Assembly: GCA_041179705.1 (NCBI GenBank)
Contig: JBEGSW010000032.1
Span: forward strand, 70,446-134,445
Length of the DNA stretch: 64,000 bases
Source: Bacillota bacterium
Lineage (GTDB): Bacteria; Bacillota; Bacilli; Paenibacillales; JBEGSW01
Direction of reading: 5' to 3'
Position numbers and translations under genes: made by a program. Position 1 is the first letter of the stretch; every line of letters begins with the position of its first letter. Of this stretch, positions 20,423-29,903 are shown piece after piece. The notes under the pieces are model-generated. The model did no database searches. It was not told where the DNA came from and was given only the letters and a program-made list of their open reading frames with translations.

Positions 20423-21556
20423 TCATCCCTCAAATTTATTATTTTCTAAAATAATCGCTTGAATCAACTCTGTCGTCTTTACGAGTTCTGTCACCGGAAT
20501 TTGCTCCTTGGTTGTATGGATATGTTCGTATCCAATCGCTAAATTGACAGTTGGAATTCCAATCCGATTAAAATGATTAGCATCGCTTCCCCCACCAGAT
20601 TCAACCACTTTCGGCACGCGACCAATTTGTTCGACGGCTCTAGCAGCTAACTGAACAACTGGATCAGAAGGTGCCAAACGGTATGCTGGGTACATCACAT
20701 CTATTTTAATTTCGACAGTTGCTCCTAATTCAGACGCCGCCGTTTCAAATGCGACTTTCATGTGATTCACTTGATTATGCATTTCTTCGTCGACTAAACT
20801 ACGTGCTTCTGCTTTTATATAGACATGATCACACACAATGTTGGTTTCTTGTCCGCCGTTTATACTACCAATGTTAGCCGTTGTCTGTGCACTGATTCGT
20901 CCTAATTTCATCCGTGCAATGGCTTTACTTGCAACTTCGATTGCACTAATTCCATCTTCCGGATTGACGCCGGCATGCGCTTTTCGACCATGAATGTCTA
21001 CATATAACTTTGCATTAGTTGGAGCAGCAACGACAATCTCACCTACATGCCCATTGGAATCAAGAGCGAAACCATAATTCGCTTGGACACTAGCAGGCGT
21101 CAAAACAGACGAACCACGTAACCCGCTTTCTTCCCCAACTGTGACGACAAAAATGATTTTTCCATGCGCCTGACCACGATTACGAATACTCGCAATTGCT
21201 TCTAGGAATGCTGCAATGCCTGCCTTATCATCACTGCCAAGAATTGTCGTGCCATCACTTCGGATATAGCCATCGGCATCAAGCTGTGGCTGAATATTTT
21301 TTCCTGGTGCAACTGTATCCATATGACAGGTAAATAGTAAACTCGGTTTATCCTCGAAACCTTTCGTTGCTGCCAAGGTTGCAAATAGATTCCCCGCTTG
21401 ATGACCAATTTGTTCCCCAATCTGATCACACACCACATCGAAACCGAAATGCTGCAACCGTTTGGTAAGATCCTCACCTATCTCGGCTTCAAAGCGAGTC
21501 TCGCTATCAATTCGAACTAGTTCCATAAACGTCTGAATGACTTTATTTGCATCCAT
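20423..21556 (-). CDS. M20/M42-family metallopeptidase (tripeptidase-like, YqjE type)
   Basis: Peptidase M20 motifs are present (HMDTV, GSDDKAG, EESG). The start was set at ATG 21556, 8 nt after GGAGG. Confidence 0.8.
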   Translation of the reverse strand: MDANKVIQTFMELVRIDSETRFEAEIGEDLTKRLQHFGFDVVCDQIGEQIGHQAGNLFATLAATKGFEDKPSLLFTCHMDTVAPGKNIQPQLDADGYIRSDGTTILGSDDKAGIAAFLEAIASIRNRGQAHGKIIFVVTVGEESGLRGSSVLTPASVQANYGFALDSNGHVGEIVVAAPTNAKLYVDIHGRKAHAGVNPEDGISAIEVASKAIARMKLGRISAQTTANIGSINGGQETNIVCDHVYIKAEARSLVDEEMHNQVNHMKVAFETAASELGATVEIKIDVMYPAYRLAPSDPVVQLAARAVEQIGRVPKVVESGGGSDANHFNRIGIPTVNLAIGYEHIHTTKEQIPVTELVKTTELIQAIILENNKFEG

Positions 21557-21571
21557 GATGGTCGCCTCCAT

Positions 21572-21609
21572 AAACAAAACAAAGCTCCCGAATCATTGAT
21601 CGGAAGCTC
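21572..21609 (-). terminator. Terminator after bkdB
   Basis: An imperfect hairpin (AGCTTCCGATCA / TGATTCGGGAGCT) is followed by TTTGTTTTGTTT on the minus strand. Confidence 0.5.
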
Positions 21610-21622
21610 GTCTTCTTATTCA

Positions 21623-22969
21623 TTAGTATAACTTTGTTTCTTTGTTGTATGCTTCTAGGTTTTCTTTCACACGTTGCATGAAACGACCACAGATAACACC
21701 ATCCAAAATGCGATGATCGAGCGATAAACAGAAATTGACCATAGAACGAACGGCAATCATGTCATCAATAACAACTGGTTTCTTCACAATGGCTTCCATC
21801 GTAAAGTTAGCTGCTTGCGGATAGTTAATGATTGGTTGGGATAAAATCGAACCGAACGCACCAGTATTGTTAACTGTGAACGTACCACCTTGCATATCTG
21901 CAAGTCCTAGTGTACCCGCACGCGCTTTCTTCTGTAACTCATCGATATCACGCGCGATTCCAGCTAATGTCTTCTGGTCTGCTTGTTTGATTACAGGAAC
22001 AAAGACAGCATCTTCCGTACCGATTGCAAGTGATACATTAATATCACGCTTTACAATTATCTTATCGACTGCCCAGACGGAGTTCATAATTGGATAATCT
22101 TTAATGGCGTTAACAACTGCTTTAATCACGAATGGCAAGTACGTTAACTTAATGCCTTCGCGCTTAAAGAACTCGTCTTTTAACTTGTTACGAAGCAATA
22201 CGATGTTCGTTACATCTACTTCAATCATCGTCCACGCATGTGGAATTTCCGAAACACTTTGACGCATTTTGGAAGCAATTGCATTTCGAACAGGTGTTAC
22301 ATCAATAAAATGTTCCCCTTGTTCGATCACAGACATCGCTGGTTTATCAGGTTTCGTCAAATGAATTCCAGTCGATCGCACATTGACTGATGCGACTTCT
22401 GCTGCTTGTTCAGCTGCTTGTTTGGAAGCCGTCACTGCAGGTACAGACTGTATCGGTGCCTTTGGTGAACCAGATGCAACATACTGCAAAACATCTTTAC
22501 GCGTGATACGTCCACCCATACCAGAACCTTGTACATGACTTAAATCAACACCGTGTTCATCTGCTAACATTCTTACCGCTGGCGATAATCGACTTCTCAT
22601 CGGCTGATTTGCATCATCCGCAACAGAAATGGTCGCAGGTGCATGATGTTCTACTGTCGGTTCACTTACTGGAACATCCACACTAGCTGGCGTTGAAGCT
22701 TGTTCAACAGCTGCGCCACCCTCTTCGATAATAAAGCAAACAACTGCACCGACATCGACTGTAGTCCCGTCAGGTACCAAAATTTCGCTAATCGTGCCCG
22801 CTGCAGTACTCGGTAGTTCTGCTGTAACTTTATCTGTCACGATTTCACATAGTGGTTCATACAATTCAACCGTATCTCCAGGTTGTTTCAACCACTTTTG
22901 GATCGTTGCAGAAACAACGCTTTCGGCTAATTGTGGCATTGTAATCGGTGTACCTTGTCGGTTACTCAT
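21623..22969 (-). CDS. bkdB: Branched-chain alpha-keto acid dehydrogenase E2 (dihydrolipoamide acyltransferase)
   Basis: It has a lipoyl domain (EIVTDKV), an E3-binding domain and a catalytic DHRxxDG motif. Confidence 0.9.
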   Translation of the reverse strand: MSNRQGTPITMPQLAESVVSATIQKWLKQPGDTVELYEPLCEIVTDKVTAELPSTAAGTISEILVPDGTTVDVGAVVCFIIEEGGAAVEQASTPASVDVPVSEPTVEHHAPATISVADDANQPMRSRLSPAVRMLADEHGVDLSHVQGSGMGGRITRKDVLQYVASGSPKAPIQSVPAVTASKQAAEQAAEVASVNVRSTGIHLTKPDKPAMSVIEQGEHFIDVTPVRNAIASKMRQSVSEIPHAWTMIEVDVTNIVLLRNKLKDEFFKREGIKLTYLPFVIKAVVNAIKDYPIMNSVWAVDKIIVKRDINVSLAIGTEDAVFVPVIKQADQKTLAGIARDIDELQKKARAGTLGLADMQGGTFTVNNTGAFGSILSQPIINYPQAANFTMEAIVKKPVVIDDMIAVRSMVNFCLSLDHRILDGVICGRFMQRVKENLEAYNKETKLY

Positions 22970-22980
22970 TGAACATCCCC

Positions 22981-23964
22981 CTAGTACAAAGCGAGCTTGC
23001 GCATCGCTTCCATTACTTTATCCTTGTTGAGCATATAAAACTTCTCTAATGATGGGCTAATTGGCATTGCAGGTACATCATAGCCGCATAGACGTTCAAT
23101 CGGAGCATCTAATTCAAATAACAATTTCTCGGCGATGATCGCAGCGACTTCCCCACCAACTCCACCTGTCTTGTTATCTTCATGGATAATTAATACCTTG
23201 CCAGTTTTACGTGTTGCTTCAAGAATTGCTTCTTCATCTAATGGTTGAATCGTCCGCAAATCAAGAATATGCGCACTAATGCCCTCTTTGGCAAGTTCTT
23301 CAGCAGCTTGAAGTGCAAAATGCACAGTCAAACCATATGTAATTACTGTAATATCTTCACCTTCACGCTTCACATCCGCCTTACCAATTGGCACGATATA
23401 GTCCTCATCAGGAACCTCACCAGTAACCATGCGATAGCATTTCTTATGTTCAAAATAAATAACAGGATCGTTATCTCGAATCGCCGCTTTTAATAAGCCT
23501 TTCGCATCATAAGGTGTGGATGGAGCAACAATCTTCAAACCAGGTGTACCAAAGAAAATTGACTCCGGACACTGGGAATGATAAAGACCACCGAAGATAC
23601 CACCACCAAACGGAGCTCGAACAACAATCGGACAATTCCAATCATTATTAGAACGGTAGCGAATTTTAGCAGCCTCGCTGATAATTTGGTTCGTTGCTGG
23701 TAACATAAAGTCCGCATATTGCATTTCTGCAATTGGACGCATGCCATACATTGCTGCTCCAATTGCCACACCTGCGATTGCGGATTCAGCAAGTGGCGTA
23801 TCCATTGCGCGCCATTCACCAAATTCTGCCTGGAAGCCCTTCGTAGTAGTAAATACGCCACCTTTAAGACCAACGTCCTCGCCCATAACGAATACGGAAG
23901 AATCACGTTGCATCTCTTCGCGCATCGCTGCTGCAATTGCATCGATAAAACTTATAGTTGCCAC
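22981..23964 (-). CDS. bkdAB: Branched-chain alpha-keto acid dehydrogenase E1 beta subunit
   Basis: A transketolase-like pyrimidine-binding E1 beta of 327 aa. Confidence 0.9.
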   Translation of the reverse strand: MATISFIDAIAAAMREEMQRDSSVFVMGEDVGLKGGVFTTTKGFQAEFGEWRAMDTPLAESAIAGVAIGAAMYGMRPIAEMQYADFMLPATNQIISEAAKIRYRSNNDWNCPIVVRAPFGGGIFGGLYHSQCPESIFFGTPGLKIVAPSTPYDAKGLLKAAIRDNDPVIYFEHKKCYRMVTGEVPDEDYIVPIGKADVKREGEDITVITYGLTVHFALQAAEELAKEGISAHILDLRTIQPLDEEAILEATRKTGKVLIIHEDNKTGGVGGEVAAIIAEKLLFELDAPIERLCGYDVPAMPISPSLEKFYMLNKDKVMEAMRKLALY

Positions 23965-23975
23965 GCCAATTCCCC

Positions 23976-24992
23976 CTATTCTTCACCGTATACGTGCGTT
24001 AATGTGTCTTCCGGTTTCGGATATGCAGCTTTGTCACCGTATTCCGTAGCTTCTTTTAATTCTTTATTAATTTCTTCATGAAGAGCTGCATCTTGTTCTT
24101 CTGACCAAATGCCAACTTCAATTAAATAATTGCGATATTTAGGTATTCCATCTTTTTCCCAATTCTCATCGACTTCTTCTTTTGTACGATAAGCCAAATC
24201 ATTATCTGAAGTAGAATGTGGAGACAAGCGATACATAACTGCTTCAACAAGCGTAGCACCATCCCCATTGATTGCACGTTCACGTGCTTCTTTTACAACA
24301 CGAAATACTTCAAGAGGATCATTTCCATCAACGCGAACGCCAGGCATACCATAAGAAGTCGCACGTTGCGCAATCGTCTCACTTGCTACTTGTCGGCTAT
24401 AAGGCGTTGATATCGCATATTGGTTGTTTTCAACCATGACAATCACAGGTAATTTAAATACGCCAGCGAAATTCAATCCTTCATGGAAATCCCCTTGGTT
24501 ACTAGAACCATCACCTAGGGTTGCAAAAGCAACAAAGTCTTTGTTTTGCATTTTTGCAGCCAATGCAAAACCAACTGCATGTGGCACTTGCGTCGTAACC
24601 GGGCTTGAACCCGTAACGATATTTAATTTGCGATGACTGAAATGCCCTGGCATCTGTCTGCCTGCACTATTCGGATCTTCTGCCTTCGCAAAGATAGATA
24701 ACATAAGTTCTTTCGTCGTCATGCCAACTGCTAAGACAAAGGCATAATCACGATAATACGGTAGGAAGAAGTCATGCTCTTTCTGTAGCGCGAATGCTGC
24801 GCCTACTTGAGCAGCCTCTTGGCCGATACCAGAAACATGGAAGTTAATTTTACCTGCACGTTGTAAGACAAGACCACGCTCATCAAACTTACGCGCCAAT
24901 AACATATAACGATACATCTCAATTGCTTGTTCGTCGCTTAAGCCAAGTTGCCTGTGTTTCGTTTCTTGGTTAACGGACGTCTGTTGAACCAT
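23976..24992 (-). CDS. bkdAA: Branched-chain alpha-keto acid dehydrogenase E1 alpha subunit
   Basis: A TPP-binding E1 alpha (GDGSSNQGDFHE..N motif). Confidence 0.9.
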   Translation of the reverse strand: MVQQTSVNQETKHRQLGLSDEQAIEMYRYMLLARKFDERGLVLQRAGKINFHVSGIGQEAAQVGAAFALQKEHDFFLPYYRDYAFVLAVGMTTKELMLSIFAKAEDPNSAGRQMPGHFSHRKLNIVTGSSPVTTQVPHAVGFALAAKMQNKDFVAFATLGDGSSNQGDFHEGLNFAGVFKLPVIVMVENNQYAISTPYSRQVASETIAQRATSYGMPGVRVDGNDPLEVFRVVKEARERAINGDGATLVEAVMYRLSPHSTSDNDLAYRTKEEVDENWEKDGIPKYRNYLIEVGIWSEEQDAALHEEINKELKEATEYGDKAAYPKPEDTLTHVYGEE

Positions 24993-25084
24993 TGCAATTC
25001 CTCCTTGGAATCGAATTCACTCTTTATCAAGTTTATGACCTGGTACTAAGACTAGACCTTAATTTGATTATACTACGTTTTTCC

Positions 25085-26509
25085 TTACATTCCAATGGCT
25101 TTTCCATCAACAGCTAACATGGCTTCAGCTAAACCTTCACTAAGTGTCGGATGCGGATGAATCGTCTTCGCAATTTCCCATGGCGTCGCCTCTAAGACGT
25201 GAGCTAATGCCGCCTCGGAAATGTAATCCGTCACATGGGGACCAATCATATGTACGCCTAATAAGTCGTCCGTTTCTTTATCTGCAATTACTTTAATAAA
25301 TCCTTCCGTTGCACCATAAACCAATGCTTTTCCGATTGCTTTAAATGGGAACGTCCCTGTCTTAACATGGTGACCTTGTTCATTCGCTTGTTGCTCAGTC
25401 AAACCCACAGATGCAATTTCGGGACGCGTATAAATACACTTTGGTACCCAAGTATCAGGTGTTCCATGTACCGCTAACCCACACAAATGTTCAACCGCTT
25501 GAACACCCTCATGCGCAGCAACATGGGCTAATTGTAAGCCTCCATTAACGTCACCAATTGCATAAATATGACCTTCTGTTGTCTGCATATTTGCATTAAC
25601 TTTAATAACACCGTTCTCAACACGCACATCTGTATTTTCTAGGCCGAGTCCATCCGTATTTGCGACGCGACCAATACTTACTAGCATCTTTTCAGCGGAT
25701 AAAGCAATCACTTTTTCCCCTTGCTTCACATTGAAAGAAACGCCTTGATCAGATTTCGACACAGAATCAGCGTCTAATTGGGCTTGCGTATAAACTTGAA
25801 TATTTCGTTGTTTAAATAACTTTTCAAGTTCTTTGGAAATCGCTTCATCCTCCGTTGGCACGAGTCGAGGTCCTGCTTCAACAACAGATACTTCAACGCC
25901 GAAGTCATTAAACATCGATGCCCATTCCACACCAATAACGCCACCTCCTACGATGACGATCGATTTAGGTAACTGCTCTTGGACAAGCGCTTCATCACTA
26001 GTCAAAACGACGCTGCCATCAATTTCAAGTCCCGGAATTAAGCGAGGGCGAGATCCTGTGGCAATAATCGTATGTTCTGCAACAATCGTAATCGATTCTC
26101 CATTATTTAACTCAACTGCAATTGACCCACTTCGCGGCGAAAAAATAGATGGTCCAATAACACGACCCTCTCCTGCAAAGATTTCGATCTTATTTTTCTT
26201 CATCAAGTACTCTACGCCTTGGTGAAGTTGCTTCACAATATTATCCTTACGTTCTTGAACTAATTCGAAATCAAGTTCAACCGACTCTGCCTTAATTCCA
26301 AATTCACGACTGCGTAACATATCGTGAAGTACCTCAGCACTTCGTAATAGTGCCTTACTTGGAATACAACCACGGTGTAAACAAGTTCCGCCTAATTTAT
26401 CTTTCTCTACAACAGCAACTGTCTTTCCTAATTGTGCCGCACGAATTGCAGCGACATAACCGCCCGTGCCTCCACCTAGAATGACAACATCAACTTGTTT
26501 CGTACTCAA
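25085..26509 (-). CDS. lpdV: Dihydrolipoyl dehydrogenase (E3)
   Basis: It has an FAD GxGxxG motif and the redox-active CLHRGC disulfide. It is the first gene of the bkd block. Confidence 0.9.
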   Translation of the reverse strand: MSTKQVDVVILGGGTGGYVAAIRAAQLGKTVAVVEKDKLGGTCLHRGCIPSKALLRSAEVLHDMLRSREFGIKAESVELDFELVQERKDNIVKQLHQGVEYLMKKNKIEIFAGEGRVIGPSIFSPRSGSIAVELNNGESITIVAEHTIIATGSRPRLIPGLEIDGSVVLTSDEALVQEQLPKSIVIVGGGVIGVEWASMFNDFGVEVSVVEAGPRLVPTEDEAISKELEKLFKQRNIQVYTQAQLDADSVSKSDQGVSFNVKQGEKVIALSAEKMLVSIGRVANTDGLGLENTDVRVENGVIKVNANMQTTEGHIYAIGDVNGGLQLAHVAAHEGVQAVEHLCGLAVHGTPDTWVPKCIYTRPEIASVGLTEQQANEQGHHVKTGTFPFKAIGKALVYGATEGFIKVIADKETDDLLGVHMIGPHVTDYISEAALAHVLEATPWEIAKTIHPHPTLSEGLAEAMLAVDGKAIGM

Positions 26510-26629
26510 ACCATGCGCCTCCGTTCAATTGGACATCCCAATAGAATCTATGTATAGTAGTCATATATTTTCTATTTTACTCTTTTTTCACAATATAAAC
26601 ATAGTTGATTTTTGAAAGGATTCGAACAT

Positions 26630-26908
26630 ATGAAACTATTAATCACACGAATTATCGCAATTCTGTTATTAGTCATTCCTGGCCTTGCTGCTGCATATGG
26701 TTTCCTTGAAATGAAAAATGCATTTTTTCTATATATGGCGCAAGTCGGAGATGATATTGCTCAGCCAGATTTCCCCATTTGGCAGTTTATCAAGGGCATC
26801 GTACTGTTTTTGATCGGTGCTGGTTTCATTGCTGGATGGACGTTCTATCGTGATCGCAAACGCAATTATCTTGCCCCTCGGTTTATGCCAAAAAGACGCA
26901 AGCCCTAA
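26630..26908 (+). CDS. Small two-TM membrane protein (DUF2627 / YqzF-like)
   Basis: MKLLITRIIAILLLVIPGLAAAYGF.. has two TM helices and a basic tail. The start was taken at ATG 26630, 9 nt after GAAAGGA. Confidence 0.6.
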   Translation: MKLLITRIIAILLLVIPGLAAAYGFLEMKNAFFLYMAQVGDDIAQPDFPIWQFIKGIVLFLIGAGFIAGWTFYRDRKRNYLAPRFMPKRRKP

Positions 26909-26916
26909 ATAAATAA

Positions 26917-26955
26917 AGAAAGGCAACTTACTCATGTGAGTAAGTTGCCTTTTTG
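26917..26955. terminator. Bidirectional terminator between the DUF2627 gene and the cytochrome c gene
   Basis: A near-perfect 14-bp inverted repeat (AGGCAACTTACTCA / TGAGTAAGTTGCCT) is flanked by an A-run and a T-run. Confidence 0.85.
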
Positions 26956-26958
26956 TTA

Positions 26959-27375
26959 TTAATGGCTTGTTGTCTCAGCCGCAGCTGCTACCTTCTGGAT
27001 GGATAACCATTCAGCAAGTTTATCTAAATCTTCGTCAGTTAAGCCCTTTGCAATGTTTGCATCATATTGTGCGCCCATTCCACGAATACCATTCTTAATT
27101 ACACCAACAAGCTCTTCTTTCGAATACTTGTCCCCTACACCAAGCAATGTAGGAATTCCAGCCGAAGACATTCCTTTTAAATCTGCTCCGTGACAAGATA
27201 CACAAGTTGCTTTAGCGTAAATCTCAGCGCCTTCGCTATCTTTCTCGATAACCGTTGCTACCGCTTTCTCAGCGGATCCGCCTTCTGAAGATCCAAATTC
27301 CATTGATGCTACTGAATAAATTACAGCCAAACTACATGCAACAACAAACAATGTAAACATAGTCCACTTATACAC
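26959..27375 (-). CDS. cccA: Membrane-anchored c-type cytochrome (c550/c551-like)
   Basis: It has an N-terminal TM anchor, the heme motif CVSCHG and a distal Met. The likely start is GTG at 27375, 7 nt after TGGAGG. Confidence 0.8.
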   Translation of the reverse strand: MYKWTMFTLFVVACSLAVIYSVASMEFGSSEGGSAEKAVATVIEKDSEGAEIYAKATCVSCHGADLKGMSSAGIPTLLGVGDKYSKEELVGVIKNGIRGMGAQYDANIAKGLTDEDLDKLAEWLSIQKVAAAAETTSH

Positions 27376-27526
27376 GTTAAAGCCTCCATATCCGTATTTT
27401 TCTAATACCACATACAGATATTATAACTGAATCGAATTTAAAAATAAAATAGTATATTTTTTCGAATCAGAGCATTCTATATAGGGATGGCTTTTTAGCA
27501 CACTTTCCAGAGGAGGAATAGAACAA

Positions 27527-27718
27527 ATGACACCAAAATCGCCTAATCCATTTTCCCCGCGCGCGGTTGCCAATGAGATGGCTGCCAATTTAAATGAGAT
27601 GCTTGCGTTTGCTACACCCGAAGAGCAGAAACGTAATCTCCAGCGATTACAGTCTGCGAAGCAACCTAAGCACTTATTGACGATTATTTCTGCAAACACC
27701 AAATTACAGACGATTTAA
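27527..27718 (+). CDS. Hypothetical small protein (63 aa)
   Basis: RBS AGGAGG lies 9 nt upstream of the ATG and a terminator follows immediately. I recognise no family. Confidence 0.5.
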   Translation: MTPKSPNPFSPRAVANEMAANLNEMLAFATPEEQKRNLQRLQSAKQPKHLLTIISANTKLQTI

Positions 27719-27760
27719 TAAAAAACACCGGATGACGAACATCCGGTGTTTTATTATTTT
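27716..27760. terminator. Bidirectional terminator (small ORF / spo0A)
   Basis: The stem AAAACACCGGATG / CATCCGGTGTTTT has A-rich and T-rich flanks. Confidence 0.9.
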
Positions 27761-27764
27761 GTTC

Positions 27765-28553
27765 TTAGGAAACTCGGTGTTCAAGGCGGAGTTTATCCGC
27801 CACCATCGCGATAAATTCGCTATTCGTTGGTTTCGACTTTGCGATATTAACCGTGTAGCCAAACAATTGACTAATTGAATCAATATTTCCACGTGTCCAC
27901 GCAACCTCAATAGCATGACGGATCGCACGCTCGACGCGGGAAGGAGTTGTCTTAAATTGTGCTGCGATTGAGGGATATAGCGTCTTCGTAATTGCGCCTA
28001 ACAACTCAATATCATTAAATACCATCGTAATCGCTTCACGTAAATATTGATACCCTTTAATGTGCGCAGGAACGCCAATTTCATGAATAATCGTTGTAAT
28101 ATTAGCGTCCATATTCTTTGTAGGTAATGGCGCAAATGCCGATACTTTGGCATTGTTGGCTTTCGAATATACAGACCCCTCTGCTAATTGTCGAATTCGA
28201 TTAATTAATACATCCATATCAAATGGTTTTAGTACGTAATACGCTGCTCCTAATTGAACTGCACGTTGTGTAATATTTTCTTGTCCAAATGCCGTTAACA
28301 TAATCACTTTGGGTACAACAGCCATCTCAATCTCTTTCATCTGCTCCAAAACACCAAGTCCATCCAAATGAGGCATAATAATATCCAGAATCATTACATC
28401 AGCTTGAATCCCTTTATTAAACTGTTCGAGTACTTCTTCCCCGTTATATGCAACAGAAATAACTTCCATATCTTCTTGGCTATCCACAAAATCCTTTAGT
28501 AATTCCACGAACTCCTTATTGTCGTCCGCTAATAACACTCGAATCGGTTTCAA
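27765..28553 (-). CDS. spo0A: Sporulation master response regulator Spo0A
   Basis: It has a receiver domain ([15 protein letters not shown]) and the Spo0A-specific C-terminal DNA-binding domain (..[15 protein letters not shown]..). TTG start lies 7 nt after AGGAGGA. Confidence 0.97.
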   Translation of the reverse strand: MKPIRVLLADDNKEFVELLKDFVDSQEDMEVISVAYNGEEVLEQFNKGIQADVMILDIIMPHLDGLGVLEQMKEIEMAVVPKVIMLTAFGQENITQRAVQLGAAYYVLKPFDMDVLINRIRQLAEGSVYSKANNAKVSAFAPLPTKNMDANITTIIHEIGVPAHIKGYQYLREAITMVFNDIELLGAITKTLYPSIAAQFKTTPSRVERAIRHAIEVAWTRGNIDSISQLFGYTVNIAKSKPTNSEFIAMVADKLRLEHRVS

Positions 28554-28592
28554 ATGCAGTTCCTCCTCATATCTCTCTATGTATGTATTATT

Positions 28593-28732
28593 TTCGACAC
28601 GAATAATTTTATTCTTTTGTCGAACAAGGTTAATATTATGTGTTTTTTACTTATTTTGCAATAAAAATTAAAAAAATGGAGATTTCACCAACCTTCGACA
28701 AGATTGATGGACAAATCTCCATTGTTTCGACA
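28593..28732 (-). promoter_or_regulatory. spo0A control region with four exact 0A boxes (TGTCGAA)
   Basis: Exact 7-mers lie at 28593..28599, 28694..28700 and 28726..28732 (TGTCGAA on the minus strand) and at 28618..28624 (TGTCGAA on the plus strand). Confidence 0.7.
28633..28661 (-). promoter_or_regulatory. Candidate sigma-A promoter of spo0A
   Basis: The minus strand reads TTGCAA (28656..28661) - 17 nt - TAATAT (28633..28638). Confidence 0.4.
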
Positions 28733-28752
28733 AACATCTTAGCTTTTCACAA

Positions 28753-29805
28753 TTATTCCACAGTAACTTTTTCGGCGTCTTGCAACATCCATTCAACAAA
28801 ACAACCATAACCGGACGTCGGATCATTCACAAAAACATGCGTAACCGCGCCAATTAATTTCCCATTTTGGATGATTGGGCTTCCACTCATCCCCTGTACA
28901 ATTCCTCCCGTTTTCTTCAACAAGCGATCGTCTGTAATTTTAATTACCAATCCTTTTAAATCAGGTTTCGTTTGGTGACTTACATTTGTGATTTCAATAC
29001 TGAACGGTTCGACTTTTTGCCCATCTAAAACCGTGTATAATTTTGCCGGTCCTTCTTTAACTTCATCAATCTCAGCAACCGGAATCAATTGTTTGGAGTA
29101 CCCAAATTGTGGATTCGTCTTCATCTCACCAAATATACCGAATTGCGTATTTTGTTCAATCGTGCCAATTGATTCGTCTTCTTTCCAAAACTGAGCGTGT
29201 TTCTCACCAGGTTTTCCGTTCTCACTTTTATCAATGGATATGACATTTGAATGGACAATTTTTCCATCGCCGACAGGAATCGGTTGTTGTGTATCAACGT
29301 CTGAGATGACATGTCCCAATGCACCGTAGTACCCTTCTTTAGGGGCAAAAAATGTTAATGTCCCGACGCCCGCTGCTGTATCTCGAATATAAATCCCTAA
29401 CCTATATTTACCATCAGTCTGATCTTTTAAAGGAGTAATTCGCGACTTGAGTATGTCTTTGTTTCGTTTGAACTCGATTTCAACGTTCTCATTCGCTTGA
29501 CCTGCTCGTTCAACGATTTCGGCAAACTGTCCCATATTCTTGATTCGTTCCCCATCCAATTTAAAGATGAGGTCACCTCGTCTTAAGTTACTTAATGCTG
29601 CTGGGGATTGTTTCTGTCCATCGGATGTCTGAATCAAGTGGTGACCAACGATCAGGATTCCCTCTGATTTTAACTTAACCCCGATTGTCTGTCCGCCAGG
29701 TATGACTTTAAGTTTGCTTAAATCTGGACTTTCCCCAAATGCGGTGGATGTGAACAAACTGCATCCGATAAGTGCAATCAGCCAAATGCGTTGCTTCATA
29801 AGCAA
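28753..29805 (-). CDS. spoIVB: SpoIVB signalling serine peptidase (S55)
   Basis: It has a signal anchor, a PDZ domain (GDLIFKLDGERI) and an S55 catalytic region (GMSGSPI). It lies between recN and spo0A as in B. subtilis. Confidence 0.9.
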   Translation of the reverse strand: MLMKQRIWLIALIGCSLFTSTAFGESPDLSKLKVIPGGQTIGVKLKSEGILIVGHHLIQTSDGQKQSPAALSNLRRGDLIFKLDGERIKNMGQFAEIVERAGQANENVEIEFKRNKDILKSRITPLKDQTDGKYRLGIYIRDTAAGVGTLTFFAPKEGYYGALGHVISDVDTQQPIPVGDGKIVHSNVISIDKSENGKPGEKHAQFWKEDESIGTIEQNTQFGIFGEMKTNPQFGYSKQLIPVAEIDEVKEGPAKLYTVLDGQKVEPFSIEITNVSHQTKPDLKGLVIKITDDRLLKKTGGIVQGMSGSPIIQNGKLIGAVTHVFVNDPTSGYGCFVEWMLQDAEKVTVE

Positions 29806-29903
29806 ACGGAACCACGCTCCCTTCTCTCCAGATTTACGTTATTAACGTATTTGGAGTGCTCCATTAGGGTAACCGCGATTCCGCTGTTTTATTTGATGAA
29901 TTA

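Noticed and set aside
23535-24081. Alternative-frame ORFs inside bkdAB (135 aa minus, 120 aa and 102 aa plus)
   Set aside because: They overlap a clearly conserved E1 beta reading frame and their translations are Cys/Arg/Leu-rich nonsense.
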